From Podarcis tiliguerta (Eukaryota), in the NCBI GenBank assembly GCA_965153285.1, contig OZ229126.1: a stretch of DNA of 64,000 bases; one strand, written 5' to 3'. Of the stretch, positions 1 to 10,434 are shown one piece after another. Each line of letters starts with the position of its first letter. Position 1 is the stretch's first letter. Position numbers and translations under genes: made by a program. The notes beneath the pieces were generated by a model that was not told where the DNA came from, did no database searches, and saw only the letters and a program-made list of their open reading frames with translations.

Positions 1-1297
1 TGTTTTCATGTTTATTCCAGAATTGGATGCCACTTGCAGGCAAGGTCATCCTTCTGAGGAGATAAAGAATAAAATAAGGGCTGCAATGGTTTGCTCATGA
101 GAGCAGACTTTCATGTTTGGGGGTGGGTGAAACAGGATTCATAGAGGCACTTTGTTAGTGGAGGAGAGAATACTGATCCCCAGGAAAGACTGAAGTGGAG
201 GAAATGTATACCCCCTCTAAGGATCCTGTTAACTCCAGGAACTGTTGGCACAACCTCTTCTCATTGGGAGAGAGAGATCTTTCCATTGACTTAAATAGGG
301 GAAAGAGCTGGTAGAAAAACTGGAGAGGAGAAAATGATACCCACCCACACCCAACAACCATGTTATAACAAAGGTCATTGATACAGGGTGGTTCTGCGTG
401 CGCACACACACATCATGGATTTGGGGGAGGATTTCACTTAGGGGAAGGCATAGATCCACTTGAAAAACAAAAACGTTTTTAACCCTTCCCCACAAATTGA
501 TGTACACTAAAAACTTGGTGTGCATCAAAAAGAAAGTTCCCCTGCCATCTAGTTAGACAGAGCAACTATATTCTGCGACTATATCCCTGCAGAGCATGTG
601 TGAATGTGCTGTATGCCTGAAAGCTTCAGAATATATGAAATTAATGCATCATTTCTGAAAACTGGTCCTAAGGTCTCTGTGCACTTCTCCTCTGATCCCA
701 CGTGGCATTCATGACAAATTCGCCCTGAGTTTCTAGATACTACAAACTCTTTTCTACTACTGAATTCTATTGAGACCTAATAAAATTGTACTGGAGGTCT
801 TTTTAGAGATTGTGTAGACCTTGCACTGGAAAACCCACTTCAGGGTAAACCTAGTTCTGATCTGTTCCTTTGGTTCTTTAAAGGAAAAAAATCCTTAGCT
901 TTACTATGAATTGAATAGTGTAGATCTTATATTAGTAAACAACTTTCCTGCTAATTCTGTTTCAGGATGCAACATAGCAACAGTCCTTCAAATGGTCCAT
1001 TAATGCATAATAGGACCACAAGTTGTGGGAGGCAGAAGGAGGATTTCAGAATGTATCATCCTTTCCACAGGGGTTGAATTATGGATAAGACATTCTTAAT
1101 TTCAGCCATGGCTATACTTTTGTAAAAATAAAAGAATAGCAATGTACATACATAATATTATGTTGTTCAAATCGTGTCAATATTATTTACCTCAAATTTC
1201 AATACTTAAATATAATATTAGTACAATTGTGGGTTTTCCAGTCAATCCACAAAAAGATACTTTCAAGTGTATTAAATTGAGTCTACAGTTTAAATAG

Positions 1298-1383
1298 TGA
1301 CTCTATACATGCCTACTCAGAACTAAGCTCCCTGTTTTTAATAACATTTACTCCCAGGTATGCATGTCTAGTGTTGCAGTCTT
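1298..1383. mobile_element. Old ~90-bp palindromic squamate MITE; further decayed copies near 3563-3645, 3675-3762, 14050-14133, 15363-15450, 29712-29800, 32855-32900, 54950-55032
   Basis: Recurrent pattern caatcctatacatg..tactcagaagtaag..ccc..tg..ttcaatgggacttact..caggtaag..tgtataggattgcagc seen in many decayed copies. Confidence 0.6.
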
Positions 1384-1795
1384 TAAAATGCAGTGTTTAT
1401 TTGAAGCAGTAACTCATACAGCAACACATGTTTATAAATATGGAAAGAATTCACTGTACCTTTTGTTTCTTTGTGTTGTAAAAAAAAACAACAACAGCAG
1501 AATTGTCATAACCAAACTATTTGCACATCAGGTTTTTAATATTCTACAATTGCACATTATCTCGGGGAAGCTGGAAAGTTGGAAGGCCCTTGAGTATATA
1601 ATATTTTGGAAGAATTAAATAATATTACCTCTGTACACTTTGAGTCTACAATCCTTGTGTTATTGATTTTATCCTCACAATGAGCTTATACAGATGTTGA
1701 TGGCTTAGACAGAAAACCTTCATAAGCCCGAGGACCATTCATTTCTTGGCAACCTTTCAAGAGCCCCATGTTATTGGTGGATACTGAGGGATGTA

Positions 1796-2037
1796 CAGTG
1801 GTACCTCGGGTTACAGATGCTTCAGGTTAAAGACGCTTCAGGTTACAGACTCCACTAACCCAGAAATGATACCTCGGGTTAAGAACTTTGCTTCAGGTTG
1901 AGAACAGAAATTGTGCGATGGCAGCACGGCAGCAGTGGGAGGCCCCATTAGCTAAAGTGGTACCTCAGGTTAAGAATAGTTTCAGGTTAAGAACGGACCT
2001 CCAGAACAAATTAAGTTCTTAACCCGAGGTACCACTG
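1796..2037 (+). mobile_element. Tc1/mariner (Tigger/pogo-like) MITE, copy 1
   Basis: 18-bp TIR cagtggtacctcgggtta...taacccgaggtaccactg. TA duplication at 1794-1795 and 2038-2039. Near-identical to copies at 4972 and 7675. Confidence 0.92.
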
Positions 2038-2289
2038 TAACTGTGGGCAAAGCAATACATGTGAATTTTGCAGCTGTACAAAAGGATACTTTATTGACAC
2101 TTCTTCCATTAGTACTCAAGCATCTTTGCTGCCTGAGGTGTATGTGTGTGAGGATGTGGCACTGAAACATTTGTATCATCATGCACTGTGTGGTGGGTGA
2201 ACCAGTCAAGACTTCTTAAACACCAGCCAGCTTCCCCTCCTCCTCTCTTCTTTCCAGTGGCACCCAACCGTCCCTTGCACATAGTGTGA

Positions 2290-2845
2290 TTCATTGCTCA
2301 CTTTGGGGCTTAGTAGGAATTTTTGGCATACCCACTGACTGGCACTGGTGGGTCGGGTTTTTTCACCTACTGTGTAGCACAAATGCAGTACAATTAGTTT
2401 AAGCGTTTCTCAAATAGGTTGATTTGATCACTTTGGTGAGAACACTCAAGAAGGGGGAAAGTTAAGTTCAGCAAGGTCACCCCTTTTAGGTACCACTCAC
2501 AGCTGGGGGACCCAGAGGAAAGTTAGGGACCACTTTTGAGATTATCCTGTGTAACCCATTCCAGAGTTATGAGGCTCTGGAGGCGGTGCTGAAGGAAAGC
2601 ATCCTTGCCCTCAGGGTATGGCTGGAGAAAGAGGGTCAGTGGTATCACTGTAGTGTCATTTCCCGTTGGCAGAATTTGTTGGCCTATTGGCTGCAGGCTT
2701 TGCCTGATATGTTTATCATTTGCCTGATATGTTTATCATTAGTTCCCCCATGAATAGTTTTCCCTCTACAAGTGTTGGCATTTCAAATAATAAAATGGCC
2801 CATAATTCAACCTTGTGTCCAATTCTTTATTTTGTCTGTCAAGTC
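2290..2845 (+). mobile_element. Diverged structured repeat (possibly DIRS/Ngaro-type non-autonomous retroelement) with ENE-like motif and downstream poly(A) signal; ends approximate
   Basis: Shares the gtaggaattttt...tttt(c)rcctac motif with 57.5 kb and 60.5 kb. Ends in aataaaatggccc...ttgtgtcc...ctttatt (AATAAA at 2789-2794). Classification is from recall only. Confidence 0.5.
2701..2740. repeat. Perfect 20-bp tandem duplication
   Basis: tgcctgatatgtttatcatt occurs twice in tandem. Confidence 0.95.
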
Positions 2846-4971
2846 AGAAGTGCTTACTATCTGAAATGATGACCTTGCCTATTATTTTCTCTCTGGACTA
2901 CTCTCGGGAGTGTGAATAAGGAAAAGCCATCGTGAAGCAGTGAGCCCTGAATTCATGTTAATTTTACAGAGTTCATTTAACAAATCAGGTTTCGATATCA
3001 TTCAGCTCAAAAAAGTTTGATCTTGGCTTCACAATTAAAACATTCGAGAATTTTAATTATGTAGAAAGATTACAGTTGTTTTTTTTCTCATTAAACACCA
3101 GCAGGAATGTGCAATAGGTCAAGAATAATCAACAAAAATGGTGTTATTCTTCAATAAATGAATAGTTTTTGAAGAATTTCTAAGTTCTTGATTAAAATAC
3201 TTCTAGAAACCATTTTTTTACATGATCATAAAGGAATAGCGGTCTCAAAAATACTTCATCTTTATCATTTCTGCAACAAAGTAATTGCCAATTAAAGGTA
3301 ACAATATAATCAGTAGATTAGACTAACAGACTTTAGGGCCATAATAATGGGGGGGGGGGAATGGAATTGTTGTGTTATGACATTATTTTGCATAATTTAC
3401 ACAGTTAAATAGCAAGCATTCTTCTTAATATAAAATGAAGTTTTTAAAAGTAGAAGCCCACAGTAGATATCTTATCATCCTCCCTCAAGCATAACACATG
3501 CTGATAACACTAAACAGGACTCTTTGGGGATACATGTAGCCTTAAATTCAATTTCATACATTTAGGTTGTAATTCTATATACATTTGCCTGGGAGTAAGT
3601 CCCACTGAATTGAATAGGACTGACTTTAGAGTACTTGTGTGTACCATTATTTGCGCATATACAATGTATTAAGACAGTAATCTTAAACACATTTATTAGA
3701 GTGAGAGTCTGCTCAAACTCAATGGTACTCTCTTCTGAGCAAACAGGTTTAAGATCATGCTGAATATTTTAGTTTGTTTGTGTGTTTCCCTACCTTGCTG
3801 TGCTACAGCACAGATTGGCTCCCATCAGCAGCAGCCCACACAAAGACTTTCACGTGTGCAAGGCTTCCCACCTCTCTTTCCCCCCAAATAGGCTCCAAGG
3901 TGTCAGCAGAACCTGCAGAACAGCATGAAAGTGAAGAGATGGATGGATCGCTCTGTATAGCAAGTGCAAGGTTGAATACCTTCCAGAGAAACTCCAGTTG
4001 GCCTACAAGATCCGGTGTCTACAAGTGGGAAACCCAGGCTGAAATCTCCACTTGAACATAAAACCATGGGCCATCCACTATCATTATGAAGCCTATTTCA
4101 TGGGTTTTAGTGAGAGTGAAATGTGCTAGCTCCAAACATGCCATACTGAACTCCTTAAAGAAGAACAGGGCGCAAATGTTATATGTAGAACATTGTATCC
4201 TGTATTGAAAGGATTGGTGGCATTTTATATAAACCAAATTAGATCTACCAGAAAACAACATATTTGCCCTCCTTTGGATTTCTTCTGGATTAAAAAGAGG
4301 CAAGGTCATAATTATACAGACTGCTATCTAATGTGGACTAAGTAGACAACCCAGCTAAGTGTTGTTGTCTTTTTACCTCTCTTCCACTTTTGCTTTCTTT
4401 GTCAGCACTAACTTAATATCCATTATTTATTAAATGTAATATCTGACCTCAGACACACTTTTCAAAGGTGCACAGGCCAAAAAAGAAAACCAGGCAGAGT
4501 GAGCCCAAAAAAATGCCTATGGTAGCTAAGTCAGCAGATTCAGTACTCTGAGCCATTTGCAAAGATGCAGGTGCACAAATCACTCTTGCCTCAGAAGAAG
4601 CACAGCATGCAGTTGGCTCAGGAAGAAATAAAGGTGATTTCCCTCCCCCTTTCAGGGCGAATACATTTTCTATTTAATTTGAACCACTTCTCATCACACA
4701 AAACTGAAAGATAATTTCAACTAATTTTTCCGAGACCCTAGCAAGCAGAAAGGAGGTCTTTCATTGTGTTTAGCATATCAGAGAGATAACAATCTCAAGA
4801 GTGTAGCATTCTTGCAGCTTATCTCATGTGAAATTAGTGTACTACAATTGGATCCCTCTCACCTGTCAATTGCTAATCAGATCTAGAAGTAGCATTTAGC
4901 AGAGCTTCTTTCTGGTTGTTGTTTTTTAATTGTTTAAAGTCATTTGTGTTGTCTGAATCAGGTGCACAATA

Positions 4972-5203
4972 CAGTGGTACCTCGGGTTAGATATACTTCA
5001 GGTTACATATGCTTCAGATTACAGACTGCACTAACCCAGAAATAGTGCTTCAGGTTAAGAACTTTGCTTCAGGATGAGAACAGAAATCGTGCTCCAGCGG
5101 CAGCAGCAGCAGGAGGAGGCCCCATTAGCTAAAGTGGTGCTTCAGTTTCAGGTTAAGTACGGACCTCCAGAACGAATTAAGTACTTAATCCGAGGTACCA
5201 CTG
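4972..5203 (+). mobile_element. Tigger-like MITE, copy 2 (small internal deletion)
   Basis: Same TIRs as copy 1. TA at 4970-4971 and 5204-5205. Confidence 0.92.
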
Positions 5204-6066
5204 TATGTTGTTTGGGCCAAATGCTTTGCACAGGTGGCTGCAATAGACAAGACATGAATGTTATGTAACACTATGACTTTTATATAATCAAATACATCCT
5301 GAAAAAGGTAAAAAAAAATGGCATATAAATGGATTTGGGAACAATTGGGGGGGGGAGAGGTATTAACAGTATGCTGCCCAGAACCCCCATCCCATTATAG
5401 AACTAATATATTATTAGTTGATAAGCAAAATTAATTTCAGCTAAAGAGCAAATGTAATGACTAGAGATTACTTTATGAGGACGTCATATTTGAAATATCA
5501 GAATTAACTTCCCTAGTTTAAAAAAAAAACATGCAGAAGAAATAGACAGTAAGTTAAAAAAAATAGAGCAGTCAGTGATTGAAACTTTGGGAAATCATGC
5601 AGTTCCGTGTTTGCCCTTTTTTATTCAACACATTGACAAGGATGCTATTGGATTTCTCATTGGTGCTGAGAGATACTTTAAAAGCAGACTCGCTAACACT
5701 AAGCAGATTTGCATGCATGTGGACTGAGGCCGTTATTGGAGTCAGAACCTCCAATAAGGAGTGTTGCTGCTTTTTTACATGCTCAACTCATGAAAATTAA
5801 TCAGATGAAGACTTTCACCAACTCCTGTTTACAGAAAACAACTGCCCTGCTTGATGTCAAAGGTACAAGCAAGTAGATTCAGTAAGCTCTTTTGGGTTTT
5901 ATGGGTTTCAGAGCTGAATTCACTTCACCTTGTAGCCTAGTATTTATATATATGCTTCCCATTATGTGTGAAGGGCACATGTGTTGAATTAGATAGCATT
6001 TAATTTTAAAACTCTGAAGCCAAGAAAGGATTAGGTTCTACAATTTCTTTAAGAAGTGCATCTAAG

Positions 6067-6245
6067 GATGTAGGAAGCTGCTTTCTACCGAATCAGATCA
6101 TTGATGCATCTAGTTCAGTGTTATGTACACTGACCAACAGCAGTTCTCCTGGGTTTCAGGTAGGGAATCTCCCTCATCCCCATGTGGAGACACCTGGGAT
6201 TGAACCTGCTACCTTCTGCCTGCAAAACAGATGCCCGGCCACCAA
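6067..6245 (-). mobile_element. tRNA-derived SINE (Squam2-like), diverged
   Basis: Minus strand shows a tRNA-like head with B box ggttcaatcc and a ..agcttcctac tail. Related to 53093-53575 and 22556-22650. Confidence 0.65.
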
Positions 6246-6418
6246 ATTTATACATGCCACTCAGACCTAATGGGAAAAGAGCTTTTGTACTTAATCACAA
6301 ATGACAATCTGATAATCCAATTGTATTTCAACTAAAACAAGTTGAGGAATACAGCCACTTGCCTACATACGGTACCTTTTACAAAAAGAAGTAACATACT
6401 TGCAAATTGGGGTGCTAT

Positions 6419-6665
6419 TGTTATTGTTTATTTCTTAAATTTATATACCACCCTATACTCGCAGGTCTCAGGGTGGTTCACAAGATAAAATTACAATATA
6501 GAAACGCAAAACACATAATCAAAATATAAACAGAATAGCCAAATAACCCCCCCCCAACACACAAAAACAGTTTAAAACTTTTTTTAAACAACAACAACAA
6601 TAATTTATTATTTGTACTCCGCCCATCTGGCTGGGTTTCCCCAGCCATTCTGGGCGGCTTCCACA
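6419..6665 (-). mobile_element. Two adjacent L2 LINE 3' tails
   Basis: 6590-6665 matches the L2 tail at 60044 (ccgcccatctggctgggtttccccagcca.tctgggcggcttcca). 6419-6560 is an older tail of similar architecture. Confidence 0.7.
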
Positions 6666-7248
6666 GAGACCAAAAATATACTAAAATGTAGTTTAATTGT
6701 GTACACCACATATTAGTTGGAAAAACACTGTGTTTTTAAAGATGTGCACATATGACAGGGAGCCCAGATCATCTGATTCCCTGGCACATAGGTGCAACTT
6801 TTTAAAAAAAATATGCATGTGCATATTTACATGTTTTAAAGCTAATGAATCCAGGGGCCATTAGACAAATACTGGCTGGGTCTTCCATTCATTAGCATAC
6901 CTTATTTCTTCGGGATGATGGGAAATCTGTGAACCTTCTGACAGAGGTACTTCAAATGTTTTCTCTCCCAACTCTTTACCCCCTATTGGGTAATCCTATC
7001 TCTGATGCTCCCTCCCCTGTGATTCCAATGATGATTCTCCACCCCACCCCAATGCTTAATAGCAGCATGGAAGGGTGGACATTTCCATCAGAATTGGAGG
7101 GGAGGGAGAGAAGGTTAAAAACTTTCCTCCCCCTGCAATTCCCCCTGTGCTGTTCAACTGCCCAGGGAACAACACCTGAAAGTGGTGAAAAGGAGAGTGA
7201 ACTACATAAGATTTTAATCCTTAACAGGTGTCTCCACAATGCATGGCT

Positions 7249-7394
7249 GATCTGAAGGCAGCCCTGTTCAGGGAAGTTTTTAATGTGTGATATATTGTGC
7301 TTTTAGTGTTTTTTTGTTGGGAGCTGCCCAGAGTGGCTGGGACAATCCAGACAGATGGACGGCATATAAATAAACAAATATCATCATCATCATC
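7249..7394 (+). mobile_element. L2 LINE 3' end
   Basis: ctgaaggcagccctgttcagggaagtttttaatgt (LKAALFREVFNV), then gcccagagtggctggg, then a (tca)n tail. Confidence 0.8.
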
Positions 7395-7674
7395 GTATGT
7401 TGTGGGCCGCGTTAAACTAGGCAGTGGGCCAGAATCAGCATGGGGAGTGCAATTTGCACCCTTCTGAACAAGAGATGCAGGTGGGGAGGCATGTTTCTTG
7501 GAGACTATGCATACTGACCGGCGAATGTGCACATTGCCCAGAGAATGCACAAAACGGGAGTTGAGGTTTGCCCATTCCACAGAGCCTGTGGGGAAGGTAC
7601 GCATATTGACAGGGAAATGTGCACACTTCCCTTTTCAGGGAAGGATTATGTACAGAACCTGATGGATGTACATA

Positions 7675-7900
7675 CAGTGGTACCTCGGGTTAAGAACTTA
7701 ATTCGTTCTGGAGGTCCGTTCTTAACGTGAAACTGTTCTTAACCTGAAGCACCACTTTAGCTAATGGAGCCTCCCGCTGCCGCCGCGCTGCTGCTGCGCG
7801 ATTTCTGCTCTCATCCTGAAGCAAAGTTCTTAACCCGAGGTACTATTTCTGGGTTAGCGGAGTCTGTAACCTGAAGCATCTGTAACCCGAGGTACCACTG
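7675..7900 (-). mobile_element. Tigger-like MITE, copy 3 (inverted)
   Basis: Same TIRs. TA at 7673-7674 and 7901-7902. Internal sequence is the reverse complement of copies 1 and 2. Confidence 0.92.
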
Positions 7901-9299
7901 TAATGGCCGTTTGCTTTGCACACCAACGACTCAACTTATCCCTCCATCTCTCCCCCCCCCCCCCCCAAAAAAAAAGAGACTCAGACTTCTTGCAAGGTCC
8001 TTAAGTCTTGTGCATTTCCTCCAGGTAAAATTTCCCCAGACATTAACAGGGTGGAGAAGAGCCCTTAAGTGGGGGGAAGCGGGTGGAGAAGCCGCCTCCC
8101 CTTTGCTCCGAGAAGGCTGCTAAGGCAAGAGGGCCGCAGCATGAGGCGGCGGCGGCGGCCCCGGCGAAGCTGAAGCCCGAGAAGAGTTGGGAGTCGAGGC
8201 GCACGCTTGAGCAGCAGTCAAAAGCTATGATATCGACACGCTCAGCTGCATCTTGTTAAAAGCTTCCTGCGGGTTGGCAGAACGAAATCTTTATTTAAAA
8301 CACACAAAGTATCGTCAAGGGAGAAAGAAGCGGAAGGGGGAAGACGGCGAGGGGGCGGGTTAGGTTGGAAGGGGGAATCGACGCGCTCTCTCGGCGAACC
8401 CAGCAAGCGGAGGGAAGCGAGCGAGGGCAACCGGCAGGAGGAGCACACGCCGTCGCCGGGTCGGGCGCGCCCGAGGCGGGAAGCACCGGCAGGGCGGGTC
8501 CTGTTCGGCGCTGCCCTCTCGTCCGACGCGCTCTCCTTCCCTTGTAAACGCAGCTCCTTGAGGGAGAACGAGGGCCTTCCTCGTATTAATAGCCTGGGAA
8601 TCATCTGTGCTTACACCTGGAAGAGATCGTGAGGGGGGAGGCGGGAAACCAGGCAGCTCCTCTGAAACCACCCATTCCCTGCCTTCTTAAAAGTGGTGAC
8701 TGGGGTCATTAGCACCGTGAAGGTGTATTCTTTTCATGCCTTATTAACTGCTTCATCGTCCAGGGCGGCGCGGAGTGGGGAGCAAGAGGAGATAAACCCG
8801 CCAAAGAGGGAGGGAGGGAGGGAGCGGCGGCGGGTTTTAGGACAGCAGGGAGCTGGCCGTTGTATCGGAGCGTAACGGGATAGCGGAGAGAAGGTCCGTC
8901 CGCCTCTGAGCCCCGTTTCCCCTCACCGAGCGGAGCGCGCGCGCGCGCGCCTCGAAGTGCGCCGGCGGGGGAAGAGGCGCGAGGCAGAAAGTTCATGAAG
9001 ATACATGCTCTCTCTCAGCTTGTCTTTTCTCAGGAGAGGGGGGGGGGACAACCTCCCCCCCCCCCAGCAACCAAGGCGTGGGTCTTATATGAGGGGGTCA
9101 CAAAAGGGAGAGGTGGAGCTGCTTCTTGTCAGGACTGAGAGGAGCGCGGAATAAAGTGGCGCCTGAGGTGACAAGCGTGAGAAAAGGAGGGTCACTTTCC
9201 AGCGAAACCGCCTTTGTGTTACACGTGTCCCCCCCCCCCCAAAGCATTCCGACACCTTCAACCTGCCGCCACCCCTCTTCTTCCCCCCTCCTCCACCCC

Positions 9300-9524
9300 T
9301 TTCTTGGTGGTAAAGCGCCAACAACCGTCTCGAGACGATAGTTTTTCCCCGCTCCCTGGGCGGTCTTTCCTTCCGCACCTCAGAGCGCCCCCCTTTTCCT
9401 TTCCCCTGCGGCTTTTGGCCGAGTATAGGCAGGCACCGGCGAGCGCGCGAGAGAGAAAGCAAGCAAGAAAGCGCCTCGCCTCGAGGCACTGCCAGCCATC
9501 AAGTGGCTCGTTAAGGAAATGCAG
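9300..9524 (+). other. Candidate first (5' UTR) exon; 5' end unknown
   Basis: Perfect donor CAG|GTGAGT at 9524/9525 inside the CpG island. Confidence 0.55.
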
Positions 9525-10324
9525 GTGAGTGTGAGGAGAGCGGCTTCGAGCTGCTGCTGCTGCTGCTGGTAGCGGCGGCGGTGGGGATGAGCCCTAGCGA
9601 GGGAAAAAGAGAGGAGCTCGTCTTTGCGCGTGTAAGGAAGGGGACGCTTTTTGTGTGTGCGTTGCTGCCGCCGCCGCTGCCGCCTCCTTTCCCTCTCGCC
9701 GGCGGGAGGAGCGCGCCGGTTGCCTCTCTCTCCCCGCGCCCTGCGTGGGTTTCTTCGGAGGGCTGCTCTTCCACAGCACCGGCGTCGACTCCCCGCTATC
9801 CGTTTGCTCCGCTTCTGCCGAGGAGCTCCTGACTTCCCAGCCTCCGCGCTAGCTCGCGCGCACACACACAAACACACACTCCTCCTCTCGCCGTCCCTCG
9901 CCTTTTCTTTATTTATTTTGCCCCTTTCTTCTTTCTTTTTTTAAAAAAGAGAAATCTTTCTCCTCGCCACCACACTCCTCCTCCTCTTTGGCAGCCTCAG
10001 CGCGAGGGGAGAGTTGCAGGTACCGTCTTCGTCTTCTTCTTCTTCGCGCCCTGGCAGAGCGGCGAATTGGGCACGGCGCGCGCGAGACCCTCTCCTGAGT
10101 TATTTATTGAGGGGTGGGAGAACGGCACCCGCTTCGCAATTGCGAGGAGAGAGGGAGGGGGGGAGGAGAGCACTTGAAGCGCCCGCCCGCCCGCCTCTCG
10201 CCCCTCCTCCCTCTCGCGCTCTTCTCCCCCTCCCTCCCCCGCACCCAGCCCTCCTCGCACCCGCAATCTTCTCTCGGCACCAAAACAAACCTGCTGGGCG
10301 TGTGACATGTGGTTGTCTTTGCAG

Positions 10325-10434
10325 TTCATTCGTGGCCTTTGTGGAATAGGAGCTCTGCTCGTAAGGTGACCGGCAGGAGCGGAAAGGAAAGACTCCTTAA
10401 GATTTTCCGGAGAGGTCCGAGCTGGCTGCATTTA
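10325..10434 (+). other. Candidate non-coding exon (110 nt)
   Basis: Acceptor ttgtctttgcag| ending at 10324 and donor TTA|GTAAGT at 10434/10435. Confidence 0.55.

Noticed and set aside
9300-10434. Gene identity of the promoter
   Set aside because: No coding exon lies in the window and I do not recognise the UTR sequence, so no symbol is assigned.
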